DNA of 64,000 nucleotides from an uncultured Chloroflexia bacterium (GCA_963700285.1 CAVOXA010000010.1:1728001-1792000), one strand, 5' to 3'; shown: positions 31,742 through 42,525, counted from the first letter of the stretch. Numbers and translations: made by a program. Notes: generated by a model from the letters alone, not told the origin.

Positions 31742-32545
31742 CTACCGGGCCATCGGCCCAGTGCTAATGCGCAGCTCGTGGTCCAGACGCTTCAAGAACT
31801 CGCTGCAATCTTCCAGCGTCAGACCGTAAGTGTCGCTGCCCGGCTGTCCGGCACGTTTCACCATATCGCGCAACAGGGACTCGTCATCTGGAGACAGATC
31901 GCCCTCGGTGAGCATTGCCTCCGACCAGGCAACAAGCTGGGAAAGGGTGACATCGCGGTTCAGGTAACCGTTCAGTTTCTGCAGGATGGCACCGCGAGTC
32001 AGGACATCCCGGTACAGATGTTCCTTTAGTACGCCCACGAAAGGCAGGTTGCGGTAGCCTTCGGCAAAGTCCAGCCCATAGCCCACCACAAACTTGTCAG
32101 GGATCTCAAAGCCGACATAGTCCACGTCAATGGGCACCTGGCGGCGCTCTGGCTTGTCCAGCAGAGCGCAGACACGCAAGCTGGCGGGCTGGCGGGCTCT
32201 GAGGTTCTCCATCAAGTAGAACAGTGTCTTGCCAGTGTCAACAATGTCCTCAACGACGAGCACGTGGCGCCCGGCGATGTCCGTCTCTAGATCCATTACC
32301 AAGCGTACGGCGCCACTCTCGGTACTGTCGCCATAGCTAGAGATGCCAATAAAGTCAAGCAGGACTGGGACATCGATAGCCCGCATCAAGTCGGATAGGA
32401 AGACAATGGCGCCTCGCAGCAATCCGACGAGTACGAGGTCTTGTTCTGCATAGTCGTTGGAGATTTGACGCCCCAATTCGCCGACCTTGGCTCGGATCTC
32501 CGCTTCGGAGACCAAAACTTCGGCGATATCATTCTGCAAGTTCAT
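31742..32545 (-). CDS. hpt: Hypoxanthine phosphoribosyltransferase with ~85-aa C-terminal extension
   Basis: 'VLVVEDIVDTGKT', 'FVVGYGLD…YRNLP'. Confidence 0.9.
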   Translation of the reverse strand: MNLQNDIAEVLVSEAEIRAKVGELGRQISNDYAEQDLVLVGLLRGAIVFLSDLMRAIDVPVLLDFIGISSYGDSTESGAVRLVMDLETDIAGRHVLVVEDIVDTGKTLFYLMENLRARQPASLRVCALLDKPERRQVPIDVDYVGFEIPDKFVVGYGLDFAEGYRNLPFVGVLKEHLYRDVLTRGAILQKLNGYLNRDVTLSQLVAWSEAMLTEGDLSPDDESLLRDMVKRAGQPGSDTYGLTLEDCSEFLKRLDHELRISTGPMAR

Positions 32546-32701
32546 ATCCACTCCCGTGCATAGCCATTCCCAAACAGGTCGGCCTGGGGAAAGTATATGC
32601 CAAAAGATGGCGATTGTCAAACAAATGCATCAGGGGCTGCAGGTTGGCCTGGTTGGTCAGGCCCCTGTCCAGCCCCTGATGCATTCGTGGGGACATCTCT
32701 G

Positions 32702-33844
32702 TCAGGGTGTGGGTGTTGCCAGCGGTATGACGGTGACCATCGGCTGCGGAGTTGTGACGCTGGGTGATAGAGGCGTCATGGTTGGGGCCAAGTCCGGTGC
32801 GGGAGCCGCGCCAGGGAGCGGTTCCTGCGATTCGGCGAGCAGTTGACGCAGGCCACTCAGGAATGTGTCAAAACGCTGCGTGGCGCGGCGAACGGCCAGG
32901 AGTTCCTCGCCGAATGCCTCCAATTGGTTCTCCATAGCACCGAGATGAATCTGAAGGCCGAGCATATCTTCACCTATCCCGTCGACGTCACTGCGCAAAA
33001 TAGTCAGGGCCATGTGTACGGAGGCCAACTCCTCTCCCATGCGCTCGCTCTCTGCGGACAGTGCAGCCAGTTCCGCCTGCGAGGCCGCGACCCCATCCTG
33101 CAGGATCTGGATGTCGGCTTGAGCTTTGCCCACATCGGCAGCTAGACCTAGTATCTCTTCCATCTGCCCCTGCAACTGCTCGATCTCTGAGCCCACACTG
33201 TTGAGTTCGGAACCGACGCTGTCGATCTCTGAACCGATGCCGCCAATTTCGTTGTCCAGGCGTACAGTCTCAGCCAAAAGCGCCCGCTCGCTGGCTCCTT
33301 GAAAGTCGAGGGTACCATTGACTCCCCACAGGACCAGAAGGGCCAGGAGCGCACCCAACAAAGTACTTGCGATGCCAACTGCTGCAAGCGGCAGGCAGCC
33401 TGCCCGGCCAGTCGATGATGAAGGAGAGTGAGGTTCTGGGAACTCGGGCTCATCTGCTTCCGTTTCGGTCTCGGGTACAATGGATTTAGGCTCGTCCGCC
33501 TCCTCTTCACTCGAAGGCTCTTCCTCAGTTTCTGGGATACTGGACTCGGACTCGTCGTCCTCCTCTTCCGCCTTTGCCTCTGGTATCACGGATTCGGGCT
33601 CGTTCGCCTCCACTTCAGGCGCGGGATTCCCTTCGGTCTCTGGGGCGCCGGATTCGGACTCGTCTGCCCCGTCATCCGCTTCGGCCTCTGGTGCCACGGA
33701 TTCGGCCTCGTATTCCTCCTCTTCAGCCACTGTACCTACTTTGGTCTCTTCCACCGCATCGAGCGCAGCGTCTTCTACCTCGTCCTCTGCCTTGGTGGCG
33801 GGCAGATCCTCCGCGTCTTCAACCAGTTCTTTGCGTTCACTCAC
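32702..33844 (-). CDS. Hypothetical membrane protein: acidic repetitive N-terminus, one TM, long coiled coil
   Basis: E-rich first ~140 aa, hydrophobic segment, heptad-like region, P/T tail. Confidence 0.7.
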   Translation of the reverse strand: MSERKELVEDAEDLPATKAEDEVEDAALDAVEETKVGTVAEEEEYEAESVAPEAEADDGADESESGAPETEGNPAPEVEANEPESVIPEAKAEEEDDESESSIPETEEEPSSEEEADEPKSIVPETETEADEPEFPEPHSPSSSTGRAGCLPLAAVGIASTLLGALLALLVLWGVNGTLDFQGASERALLAETVRLDNEIGGIGSEIDSVGSELNSVGSEIEQLQGQMEEILGLAADVGKAQADIQILQDGVAASQAELAALSAESERMGEELASVHMALTILRSDVDGIGEDMLGLQIHLGAMENQLEAFGEELLAVRRATQRFDTFLSGLRQLLAESQEPLPGAAPAPDLAPTMTPLSPSVTTPQPMVTVIPLATPTP

Positions 33845-33878
33845 CGTACCCCTCCTTGTACAACTCTGTTTCTTGGAT

Positions 33879-36677
33879 TCATTCTTGTGTCGCCCCTACC
33901 AAGGTTTCTAACACTTGCTTCAGGGCCTCCATCTCGCTACCGTAGCAGGTCCAATCACCAGTGAGCAGGCAATTCTGAGCGGCCTGATAACGGGCATCGG
34001 CCTCGAGGATCAGGTCAGAAACCTCTCCTTCGACTGCCGGTAGGGCGGGGCGCGGTTCGATGCCTTCCGCACCAGCAGGGGGTTCCGCGCCAACGGGTTG
34101 GTCTCCCGACATGACCTGTGCTAATGCCTCCGCCAGTGTCTCGGCCATGGCGGTCCGGTTGCCATAGGCCACGATTACCCGCTGTAACTCGGGAAGCTGG
34201 CTGGCTTCTGCTTGCAGGTATATTGGCTCGACGTACAAGATTGCCTGGTCCACGGGGATGACCAGAAGGTTGCCACGAAGGACTTGGCTGCCCCGTTGAT
34301 TCCACAGTGATAGTTGCTGGCTGATGGTGGGGTCCTGATCGATGCGTGATTCTATCTGCATCGGACCGTAGACCAGTCGCTGTTTGGGAAACTTGTAGAC
34401 GCTTAATTGACCATAGTTCGGGCTGTCGTTGCGGGCATAGAGCCAGGCGACCATGTTTTGCTTGCCGGATGGCGTAAAGGGCAACATCAATACAAACTCG
34501 GATTCAGCCTCTCCCGGCAAGCGCATGTTGACATAGTAGGGCTCGATGCGTACCCGTTCGCCAGTGACTACCTCTTCAGGCCAATTCCACAGGTCTTCTT
34601 GATTGTAAAAGACCTGTGGATCGGTCATGTGAAAGGTCTGGTACTTGGCTGCCTGGATGCGGAACTTTCCCTCCGGATAGCGCCAATGAGCCACCAGGGC
34701 TGGGTCCATCTCTTCCACGGGCTGGAAGAGGTCGGGAAAGATGGCGGCATAGGTCGCGGCCACCGGATCATGAGGATCAACTAGATAGTACGCCAGCGTG
34801 CCGTCGTAGGCATCCATGGCAACTTTGACCGAATTTCGGATGTAGTTGATGGGTCCATAGGATGTCCCAATGGGCTCAGAATAGGGGTAGCGCTCGCTGA
34901 CCGTGTAGGCGTCCAGGAGCCAGACAGGCCGTCCGTCCAAGATCACGGGGTAGGGATCAGGATCGTAGGCCAAGAAGGGGGCAACAGCCTCGACCCGCTC
35001 CGTGATGGCCCGCCGCCAGAGCAGGCGGCTTTCCCGTGTGATGGCGTCACTAAGAGCTACCTGATTGCTTCCCAGCCGCACAGCATAGGCCAGCCGCTTG
35101 AATAGTGAATCCAAGACAACGCCGCCCTCACCCTCGTAGGTAGCATAGACGTTTTGGTCGCCTGAAGGGTAGTCTAGCTCTTTTTCCTTTGTGTTGACGA
35201 CTACATAGTCGTTGGTCAATTCACCATAGTAGATCTCGGGCCGGGTGAGAGCCAGCTCGGGGTAGCTGGACTGGGGTGGGATGTCGCGAACCCACAGGTT
35301 GGGCAACCCCTCTTCTACGACCTCATTCACTGGGCTGAGGACCAGGCCCGAGCCGTGGGTGTAGACCAGGTGGCGGTTCACCCACGTTTGGGCATTTGAA
35401 GGCAGCTCGTCGGAGGCAATCTCGCGTACAGCCATGGTCACTTGGCGGTAGTCGTCGCCCAGTTGATAGCGATCGACATCCACATCGGAGAAGGCATAGT
35501 ACAGACGGATCTCCTGCAATTGGCCGTAGGTGCGCAGCAGTGGGCGGTAATCCCACAGGCGGATGTTTTTGAGGGTCGACGCGTTGGCCACCAGGTCAAG
35601 GGGCGGAGTCTCCTCGGCTACCTCAAAGCCAGCTTCCACTACGTCAGATAGGCCGAAACCCGCCCTGGTGAAAGCGATGGTATGGGCGATGTATTCGCGC
35701 TCGCGGGTTATCTCGTTGGGCACCACGGAGAACCGCTGGAGCAAGCTGGGATAGATGCTACCCCCCAGGAAGGCCACCAGCAGCCAGGCGCCGACCGCGA
35801 CATAGGGCAACCATCGCACCTTCACGAACATGCTGACTAGAAGAATCACGGCCCCCAGCAGGACGATGGCCGTGAGCAGGTGCATCACCGGCAATCGGGC
35901 GTGCACGTCGGTGTAGCCTGCCCCGTAGGCTGCCCCGGAGGTCGAGTAGAGAAGACGTGGGATCGAAAGCTGGTATCCCCAGGCAAACAGGAGCAGGGCA
36001 ACTGCTCCCAGTACCAGTAGGTGTCGCTCAGCGGCGGGAGGCAATTGCAGCCACGCTTGGCGCATGCCTTCCACCTGCACCCTGGCCACCACCTGCCCTG
36101 CCCAGTAGGTGGCAATGTAGATCAGAAATGCGCCGGCCAGGGCTATCAGTATCAGCCAAAGGAGCCAGCCCTGCAGGAACTGCAGCCACGGTAGGTCATA
36201 TACAAAGAAGCCTAGATCGCGTCCGAGGATCGGATCAGCCTGACCGAAAGGGACACCATTCAAGCTCATCAATGCTGTAAGCCACATGCTCCGCGCAGGT
36301 TGGGCAAATAGGAATCCAATGCCTGCCGCTGTCACAGCGAGGATCCCGCGGACGGCGCGACCACTGACGACACGGATCGTCGGCTCGGCAGTGATTTCGT
36401 GTTGCGTTTGCTGCTGGCGTAGCCAAGGGATTGTCAAATGCCCGCCGCCGACAAATCGCACAGCCAGCCACCAGTTGACGGCCAGTACCAAAGCGGCTAC
36501 AATCCAGGCTACGGCAAACAGTAACCACTCGAACCCAATCCGTGTCCATAGAACCGAGGCCAGGCCAAGCGTCTCAAACCAGACCAAGTCGGTGTACAGG
36601 TCTAGGCCAATGAAGAATAGGATAGCCAGTACGGCAAAAAGGATAAGGCCAAACGTACAACCTCTGTTCCTAAACAT
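33879..36677 (-). CDS. UPF0182 family membrane protein
   Basis: 'NIRLWD.RPL', 'HLVYTHG.G', 'NYIRNSVK..DAYDG', 'GNLLVIP…YVEPIY'. Confidence 0.92.
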   Translation of the reverse strand: MFRNRGCTFGLILFAVLAILFFIGLDLYTDLVWFETLGLASVLWTRIGFEWLLFAVAWIVAALVLAVNWWLAVRFVGGGHLTIPWLRQQQTQHEITAEPTIRVVSGRAVRGILAVTAAGIGFLFAQPARSMWLTALMSLNGVPFGQADPILGRDLGFFVYDLPWLQFLQGWLLWLILIALAGAFLIYIATYWAGQVVARVQVEGMRQAWLQLPPAAERHLLVLGAVALLLFAWGYQLSIPRLLYSTSGAAYGAGYTDVHARLPVMHLLTAIVLLGAVILLVSMFVKVRWLPYVAVGAWLLVAFLGGSIYPSLLQRFSVVPNEITREREYIAHTIAFTRAGFGLSDVVEAGFEVAEETPPLDLVANASTLKNIRLWDYRPLLRTYGQLQEIRLYYAFSDVDVDRYQLGDDYRQVTMAVREIASDELPSNAQTWVNRHLVYTHGSGLVLSPVNEVVEEGLPNLWVRDIPPQSSYPELALTRPEIYYGELTNDYVVVNTKEKELDYPSGDQNVYATYEGEGGVVLDSLFKRLAYAVRLGSNQVALSDAITRESRLLWRRAITERVEAVAPFLAYDPDPYPVILDGRPVWLLDAYTVSERYPYSEPIGTSYGPINYIRNSVKVAMDAYDGTLAYYLVDPHDPVAATYAAIFPDLFQPVEEMDPALVAHWRYPEGKFRIQAAKYQTFHMTDPQVFYNQEDLWNWPEEVVTGERVRIEPYYVNMRLPGEAESEFVLMLPFTPSGKQNMVAWLYARNDSPNYGQLSVYKFPKQRLVYGPMQIESRIDQDPTISQQLSLWNQRGSQVLRGNLLVIPVDQAILYVEPIYLQAEASQLPELQRVIVAYGNRTAMAETLAEALAQVMSGDQPVGAEPPAGAEGIEPRPALPAVEGEVSDLILEADARYQAAQNCLLTGDWTCYGSEMEALKQVLETLVGATQE

Positions 36678-36842
36678 TCTCTTTGCTCTTGCGTGTTGGC
36701 TTCTGCATTTCCCGGCTGTAGCGCCAGATGAGCCGCTTCAGGGCACGTTCCATGCGTGGTGAGCGTGGCGCCCGCTCCCGGCAGGCGATCACCTGTCGTA
36801 CTGTCTCGGCCATTCGCTTCTGCTCCTCCAGTACCTGTTGCC

Positions 36843-37337
36843 TCATTTCACCGTCCTTGTCAGCCGTCCTACATCACTTGCTGCGTCCACGCTGAATCGC
36901 TGGAAACGCAGAGCTGGCACCTTCAGGTTCAGTTCGGCGATCTCTTTGTTGATGACGCCTATCTCTTGTTCAAAATCAGCGATCGCTCTTGCCCAATCAT
37001 CTTGCACCCGCGTCTGCTCTGCTTCCGCCCATTTGCCGGTTCGTCCAGCCAACTCATCCAAGCGTGCCCTGCGCCATTCCCAACGACGGGTCAGGGCCGC
37101 CCTTGCCCGTTCCAGCTTGCCGCGGATTGCCCTGTCCAGTTCGATCCAGTCGGGCGCATAGCCCGAGTCCTTCAAGATCTTGAAGGCCAACTCGCGATCC
37201 TGGGCATAGGGGTTTGCTGCCAGGTTAAGCGGCTTTCCTGCGCCAGGCAACTCGTCAAACTCACCGCGCCCCTGAGCTTCGCGGATCTGTTGGTCGATCC
37301 AGTGTTCCCAGTCTTCTTGGTCCCTTGGTTTCCTCAT
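36843..37337 (-). CDS. DUF1992 family protein
   Basis: 'IREAQGRGEFDELPGAGKPL', 'ILKDSGYAPDWIE'. Confidence 0.85.
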   Translation of the reverse strand: MRKPRDQEDWEHWIDQQIREAQGRGEFDELPGAGKPLNLAANPYAQDRELAFKILKDSGYAPDWIELDRAIRGKLERARAALTRRWEWRRARLDELAGRTGKWAEAEQTRVQDDWARAIADFEQEIGVINKEIAELNLKVPALRFQRFSVDAASDVGRLTRTVK

Positions 37338-37393
37338 CTTGACATGCCATACCTATCACACTACAATGCCTTCATCTCGACAGGAAGAATTGC

Positions 37394-38092
37394 ATGATCC
37401 GCATCATTGTTGTTCGCCATGGCCAGACCGCCTGGAACGTGGGCGCCGGAGAAGAACGCTTCCGCGGACGCACCGACCTGCCTTTGGACGATACGGGCCA
37501 CGCTCAAGCCCTCGCCGTCGCAGGAAGACTCAGAAGCGAGGCCATCACAGCACTCTATGCCAGCCCACTCCTCCGCGCGCGGCAAACGTTTCAACCACTC
37601 GCCAATGATCTGGGCTTGCCAATCCAACCCCACCACGGGCTGATTGACGTCAACTATGGCCGATTCCAGGGCCTGACACACCCCGAAGCGGCTGCGGCCT
37701 ATCCCGAGCAGTATGCAAGATGGCAACGTACACCCGGTCAGGTTCATTTTCCCGGCGGCGAAAGCCTGAACGACGTTCAGACCCGCCTGCTGACCATGCT
37801 TGAAGAGTTGGCCGATCTCCATTCCGAGCAAACCATCGCCCTGTCCGGCCACCAAATCGTCAACAAGGTTCTGGCCTGTACGCTGCTCGATCTGGGCCTG
37901 GATCAAATCGGGCGCATCCAGCAGGATACTGGTGCTCTTGACATCTTTCAGCAGACAGGCGATGGCTGGCTTACGCTCTGTCTTAACGATGCCTGCCATT
38001 TGCGCGAACAAGCTGGTGCCAGTCTTGATAACCTGGGTAACATCCAGGCCACAACCCAAGGCGCCGGGGCTATGGGCTCACTACATAGGTGA
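37394..38092 (+). CDS. Histidine phosphatase (phosphoglycerate mutase family)
   Basis: 'RHGQTAWN', 'SPLLRARQT', 'PGGESL'. Confidence 0.9.
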   Translation: MIRIIVVRHGQTAWNVGAGEERFRGRTDLPLDDTGHAQALAVAGRLRSEAITALYASPLLRARQTFQPLANDLGLPIQPHHGLIDVNYGRFQGLTHPEAAAAYPEQYARWQRTPGQVHFPGGESLNDVQTRLLTMLEELADLHSEQTIALSGHQIVNKVLACTLLDLGLDQIGRIQQDTGALDIFQQTGDGWLTLCLNDACHLREQAGASLDNLGNIQATTQGAGAMGSLHR

Positions 38093-38909
38093 ACATCGCC
38101 ACCCCTTCCGTATTCCTAAGCGTTGCAACTTCACCGGGCACCCAGACTGGGTCGAGCCGCCCCCAGAAGAGGCTCGTTATGGGATCGCCGTCCTGACCAA
38201 TCTTGGTATGTATCGACACCATCCCCCCGGGCCACAGCCGGTAGTTGGGAAAAACATAGGTGTTCCCATCGGGATTGGCCAGGGTCCAACCGGTCATATC
38301 GGCCAGTTGATCGCTGACATTTGAGATGTTTACCCTCTCCTGCTCGAGATCCCCAACCCCAAGGATTTCTGTAATCTCTACCCGCAATCCACCACCCGAG
38401 GGCGTGGATATGGGCGGCGAGGCCGCTACCTCTCCGGCTTCAGGGGTAGCAGTGCCTGTCAACTCGGCCGAAGGGGGTGCAAAGGGCAGGGGCGTATGGG
38501 TCACCGTGGGTACCGGTGTCCAGGTAGCTGTTGCCGGAGGCAAGCCACCCACGGGGATGGTCAACTCTACGCCTGCTACCAAAAAGTCGGGGTTCTGGAT
38601 CTGGTTGGCAGCAATGATGTCTCTTCCTGGTACCTCAAATATCAGGGCAAGACTGGAGATGGTATCCCCAGGCTGGACCACGTAGACGATCGGCGTAGCT
38701 GTAGGCGGAACGGCTGCCAGCACTTCTACGGTCATCTCAACCGGCTGTCCGGCATTGGCCGCCTCTTGCGATAATATCTCAGAAACCGGCTGTCCTCCTC
38801 TCGTCGTCAGTTTTTCGGGCAAGACCACCAGAAGTACCACACACAGGCTGATCAGGGTTGAGATCAGGGCGTTTACAACGATGATGAACACCGCCTGTTT
38901 TCGCGTCAT
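38070..38909 (-). CDS. Membrane-anchored LysM + lamin-tail domain protein
   Basis: N-terminal TM; 'YVVQPGDTISSLA…I.AANQI.NPD.L..G..L.IP'; 'E.V.I.N…DMTGWTL….N.YVFP'. Confidence 0.82.
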   Translation of the reverse strand: MTRKQAVFIIVVNALISTLISLCVVLLVVLPEKLTTRGGQPVSEILSQEAANAGQPVEMTVEVLAAVPPTATPIVYVVQPGDTISSLALIFEVPGRDIIAANQIQNPDFLVAGVELTIPVGGLPPATATWTPVPTVTHTPLPFAPPSAELTGTATPEAGEVAASPPISTPSGGGLRVEITEILGVGDLEQERVNISNVSDQLADMTGWTLANPDGNTYVFPNYRLWPGGMVSIHTKIGQDGDPITSLFWGRLDPVWVPGEVATLRNTEGVAMFTYVVSP

Positions 38910-38933
38910 AGCTCTGTGGTCTTGCCCTCGGCA

Positions 38934-39767
38934 CTACTTCCAGAAAACCCAAGCCAGTAGAGCGGCTGCCAGCCCACCCAGGATCGAAGAAAAAAGGTTC
39001 ACGATGTCGTTGTTCAGCCAAGCCCATCCGCGGATGAGCTGAGTATTCTGGCCGCAGCGGTGAACGGGAGATTCGGTCTCTTTGGTGCATTGGCTGCAAT
39101 AATAGATGCCCTGTACGGTAGCACCCAACAGACTATCGAATATCGAACCCACAAGCCCTCCGGCCAAAGCGAGCAGCGGAAACGAAGCTGCTTGCAAACT
39201 CCATCCGGTACCCTTTTGCAGGGACGCAATCTGTGTCAGAGCGGTCGCTACAGCACCGATGAGCAACGCACCTGCCACAGAGGCCCAGAGCCCCAAGCGG
39301 GTCACCCCTCCCGATGTGCCTGGAACTACCTCCTTGCCGGTAGTGACCAGCCGGGGAGGTACATGGCTGAGGACGCCGATTTCTGTTGCCCAGGTATCGG
39401 CATTCACCGTGGCCATGACTCCCAGATAAGCTGCAAAGAGAACCGGCTCGGGATAGCTGGCAAAGGCAACGGCTAGTGCTGCTCCGACCCCTCCATTGGC
39501 CAATGCCTGGCCCATATCCCGGCGACTGTCCTTGGCGAATGCGGCAGCAAAAGCCTCTTTGTCGGCCCGGCGATAACGCGACAACAAGCTCGAGGAGACA
39601 AAGAAGGTTATGAGTACAAGACCCCAGATCCAACCGCCAAAGCCAAATATGAGCGTGCCGACCAGAATCGCGCCAACCAGCCCGCTGGGAGTCAATGCCT
39701 TGCGCCAGTAGCCCAGCCCGCCTACCGCAGCGCTGAGGAACAGGCCAAGGACAAGTTGGTTAGTCAT
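38934..39767 (-). CDS. DUF92 membrane protein
   Basis: 'QALANGG', 'ADTWATEIG', 'GTSGGVT', 'DSLLGATVQ', 'NDIVN'. Confidence 0.9.
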   Translation of the reverse strand: MTNQLVLGLFLSAAVGGLGYWRKALTPSGLVGAILVGTLIFGFGGWIWGLVLITFFVSSSLLSRYRRADKEAFAAAFAKDSRRDMGQALANGGVGAALAVAFASYPEPVLFAAYLGVMATVNADTWATEIGVLSHVPPRLVTTGKEVVPGTSGGVTRLGLWASVAGALLIGAVATALTQIASLQKGTGWSLQAASFPLLALAGGLVGSIFDSLLGATVQGIYYCSQCTKETESPVHRCGQNTQLIRGWAWLNNDIVNLFSSILGGLAAALLAWVFWK

Positions 39768-40672
39768 GGACCGATGCTAAAGACGGCAAGCCAGAAAAGC
39801 GCCTGGGCTGCAGCGGCTGCTCCCCACAGCAGATAGGAACCAGCGCGTTCGCGCCGATATAGTGCCAACCCTAGCACCGTGTTGGTGGCCAAGATGATCA
39901 GGCCGATGATGGGCAGCGTAAACAACTCCATTCGGGTACCGATGCGATCCACAAGACCCTGGTTATCAAAATGCAGGGGCAATTGGAGATCAAGGCTGGG
40001 GTAACGGGTGCCCAGGTAGCCAAACAGCGCCAGATTGATGATGGCCGCTATGCCGAGCAGAACCCATGCTGTATGATCGCTCCACAAGGGCCAGGTCAAC
40101 AAGCGACCACGATAGAGATCCCGGTTCAGCAGCCGGTTGGGCCCAAGCTCGCGGCGAGCTTCATAGGCTTGTACGAACCTCTCTAGATCTCGGGGAGAGA
40201 TACCATAGGCCTCACCGGGAGCCACCAGCAACAATTGGTCTCTCAGGGGCTGAGTGGCCAGGAAGCGCGTACGTCCGATGCCGGGTACCATTCCTACCCC
40301 CCGTTCATGACCTGGCCAGTGTATGCCTCGCCTGCGCACAATGGTGCCGCCAAAGTGGCGACCAGGTACGATGCGTCGAATATCTCGTATTGGGATGTAC
40401 TGCTGGGAGCCAAGCCAACGAACAACGAGACCATTCCTATCCAGGTGGTAGCGCAGGGTTAGACAGCCCACTGTTTCGAGAATCAGGAGAATCAACAGGG
40501 GCAAACTGAGGAGTACCGCCAGCAGCATGAGGAACGAAAGCAAGTTGATCTGCTGAGCACGGATGCTATCGTTGATCAGCCGGTCCAGAAGCCACACATC
40601 AAGGGCTACTACCAGGCCAATGAACAGCAAACCCAGAGGGACTCCCAAAGAGATCTTGGCGCGCCAGGTCAA
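39764..40672 (-). CDS. Bacterial PH-domain membrane protein with DUF1648-like C-terminus
   Basis: TTG start after AGGAG; 'LRYHLDRNGL', 'YGISP', 'LPLHFD..G..DR.G'. Confidence 0.65.
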   Translation of the reverse strand: MTWRAKISLGVPLGLLFIGLVVALDVWLLDRLINDSIRAQQINLLSFLMLLAVLLSLPLLILLILETVGCLTLRYHLDRNGLVVRWLGSQQYIPIRDIRRIVPGRHFGGTIVRRRGIHWPGHERGVGMVPGIGRTRFLATQPLRDQLLLVAPGEAYGISPRDLERFVQAYEARRELGPNRLLNRDLYRGRLLTWPLWSDHTAWVLLGIAAIINLALFGYLGTRYPSLDLQLPLHFDNQGLVDRIGTRMELFTLPIIGLIILATNTVLGLALYRRERAGSYLLWGAAAAAQALFWLAVFSIGP

Positions 40673-40683
40673 GAGCCTGTCTC

Positions 40684-41634
40684 CTAGTCCAGGTCGGACC
40701 CTGGTGCGCACAAGGGTCCGCGGTATACTGGCGTGCACCAGTGCCGGTACTTGGGGTTCCTGGCCTTGGCCGCGTCAAAGTAGATTTCTCGGAGTCGCGC
40801 GACTACAGGTCCCATTTCCCCGGTACCAACTGGCCGGTGTTCTACTTTAATGATGGCTGCGACTTGGACACCGGTGCCCGTCAGGAAGGCTTCGTCGCAG
40901 ATATAGACCTCACTGCGGTCGATTGATCGCTGCACTGTTTCCAGTCCCATTTCTTCCTGCGCCAATTCGATGATCGAGTCGCGCGTGATACCTTCCAAGA
41001 TATCCGAGTGGACGGGCGGGGTGACCAGGTGTCCATGGCGGACCATGAAAAAGTTCTCCGCACTGCCCTCAGAGATGTGGCCATGCTGATCCAGCACCAA
41101 TGCCTCATTGTAGCCGCCCAATACGGCTGCGCTCTTGATCAGGGCTGAGTTGATGTAGGCGCCAGTGATCTTGGCCCGAGCCGGAACCGCATTATCATCT
41201 ACGCGGCGCCAGGAGGAAATGCAGACGTGAGCACCTTCCTCTTCTTCCAGATAGCGGCCAAAGGGCGAAGCAAAAATGGCTAGTTCATCGGTCAGATTGT
41301 GGAGCCGCACGCCGATGATCTCGTCACCCTTGAAGGCCAGAGGCCGGATATAAGCGTCTTCTCGATACCCCTCCTGGCGCAGCAATTCCAGCGTGATCTG
41401 CCCCAGCTCTTCAGCAGAATACGGTAGATCAATATGCAAGATCCGGCAGGAACGGTGGAACCGCTCAAAATGCTCCTGCATGCGGAACACAAAGAGTTGC
41501 TCTTGTTCCTCGTTCCAGTAGGCACGGATGCCCTCAAAACAGCCAGTGCCATAGTTGAGCCCATGGGTCATGACGCTGACTTTGGCCTCGTTGATGGGAA
41601 CAATCTGCCCTTTGAAGAACGCGTACTGTACCAT
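40684..41634 (-). CDS. ilvE: Branched-chain amino acid aminotransferase
   Basis: 'THGLNYGTGCFEGIRAY', 'AKITGAY', 'EGSAEN.F', 'ILEGITR', 'DEAFLTGT'. Confidence 0.95.
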   Translation of the reverse strand: MVQYAFFKGQIVPINEAKVSVMTHGLNYGTGCFEGIRAYWNEEQEQLFVFRMQEHFERFHRSCRILHIDLPYSAEELGQITLELLRQEGYREDAYIRPLAFKGDEIIGVRLHNLTDELAIFASPFGRYLEEEEGAHVCISSWRRVDDNAVPARAKITGAYINSALIKSAAVLGGYNEALVLDQHGHISEGSAENFFMVRHGHLVTPPVHSDILEGITRDSIIELAQEEMGLETVQRSIDRSEVYICDEAFLTGTGVQVAAIIKVEHRPVGTGEMGPVVARLREIYFDAAKARNPKYRHWCTPVYRGPLCAPGSDLD

Positions 41635-41822
41635 TGGGAACTCCTCGATAACCTTTTGTCTTCTCAACTGCGATTATACCCGCTTTCGTGCCCGTGTGCA
41701 ACTAGCCGCCGCAGCGGGCATTCGAAGCAAAACGAGAGACGCGTCCATCAACCCCGACGTTGATTAGTTGACCGAGATCGAAGATATGACATAGTAAGAG
41801 CATCTCATATAGGAGGTACTCC

Positions 41823-42525
41823 ATGATCTGTAGAGAGGAAGCTATAGGCGGCCCCGGTCAGTCCACCGAGACCGCCCCTTTCTGCCAGGCACAGGACGGA
41901 TGTCGGGACAGTCTGAACCGACTGATGGCCGCCCATGAGAATCTGGTTCATACCGTTGTGCGACGGCAAGCCCTAGGCATCTACCATTTGCCGATGCGCT
42001 GCAGGCCGGTCGCATGGGCTTATGGCGCGCCATTGTAGGCTACGATCCTCAGCGCGGGCTGGCCTTTTCACCTACGCCTGGAAACCCATTATGCATCGAG
42101 TTTGGCGTGAAGTCAAGTTGGCCGAGCGGGACTATGCGTGGCACGCAGAATGCTCCCTTCTGGACAGTGTCCGCCTCGGTACTGGAAAAGGACCTTCCAG
42201 AAAAGGTTTGGGAAACCGAGGACCTGCTCTGTGCCCTGTGAGACCTCGTCGCCCGGCTTCCCGAGCGGTTGCGCATCGCTATCGTGGCCCGCTACGGTTT
42301 GATGGGACAGGGCTGGACCTTTTGTCTGCGTATTGACGCTCTGCAGGGCGTCAGTCACGAACGGGCGCGCCAACTCCACCCGGAAGCTCTACTCTGAACA
42401 CGGCACCCGGCGCACTCGCAGCAGTTGCCTTCGCTTCTTGGGCGCCACACCTAGGCAGATTATGAGACGGTCGAGGAGGAGATCCAGCGTTGGCTGCAGT
42501 GGCGAGGAGGTCGTGATGGCCACTA
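41823..42525 (+). pseudogene. Frameshifted sigma70-like (regions 2 and 4) gene
   Basis: Joined frames give 'LMAAHENLVHTVVRRQ…ADALQAGRMGLWRAIVGYDPQRGLAF/TYAWKPIMHRVW…LVARLPERLRIAIVARYGL…GVSHERARQL'; RBS AGGAGG. Confidence 0.7.
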
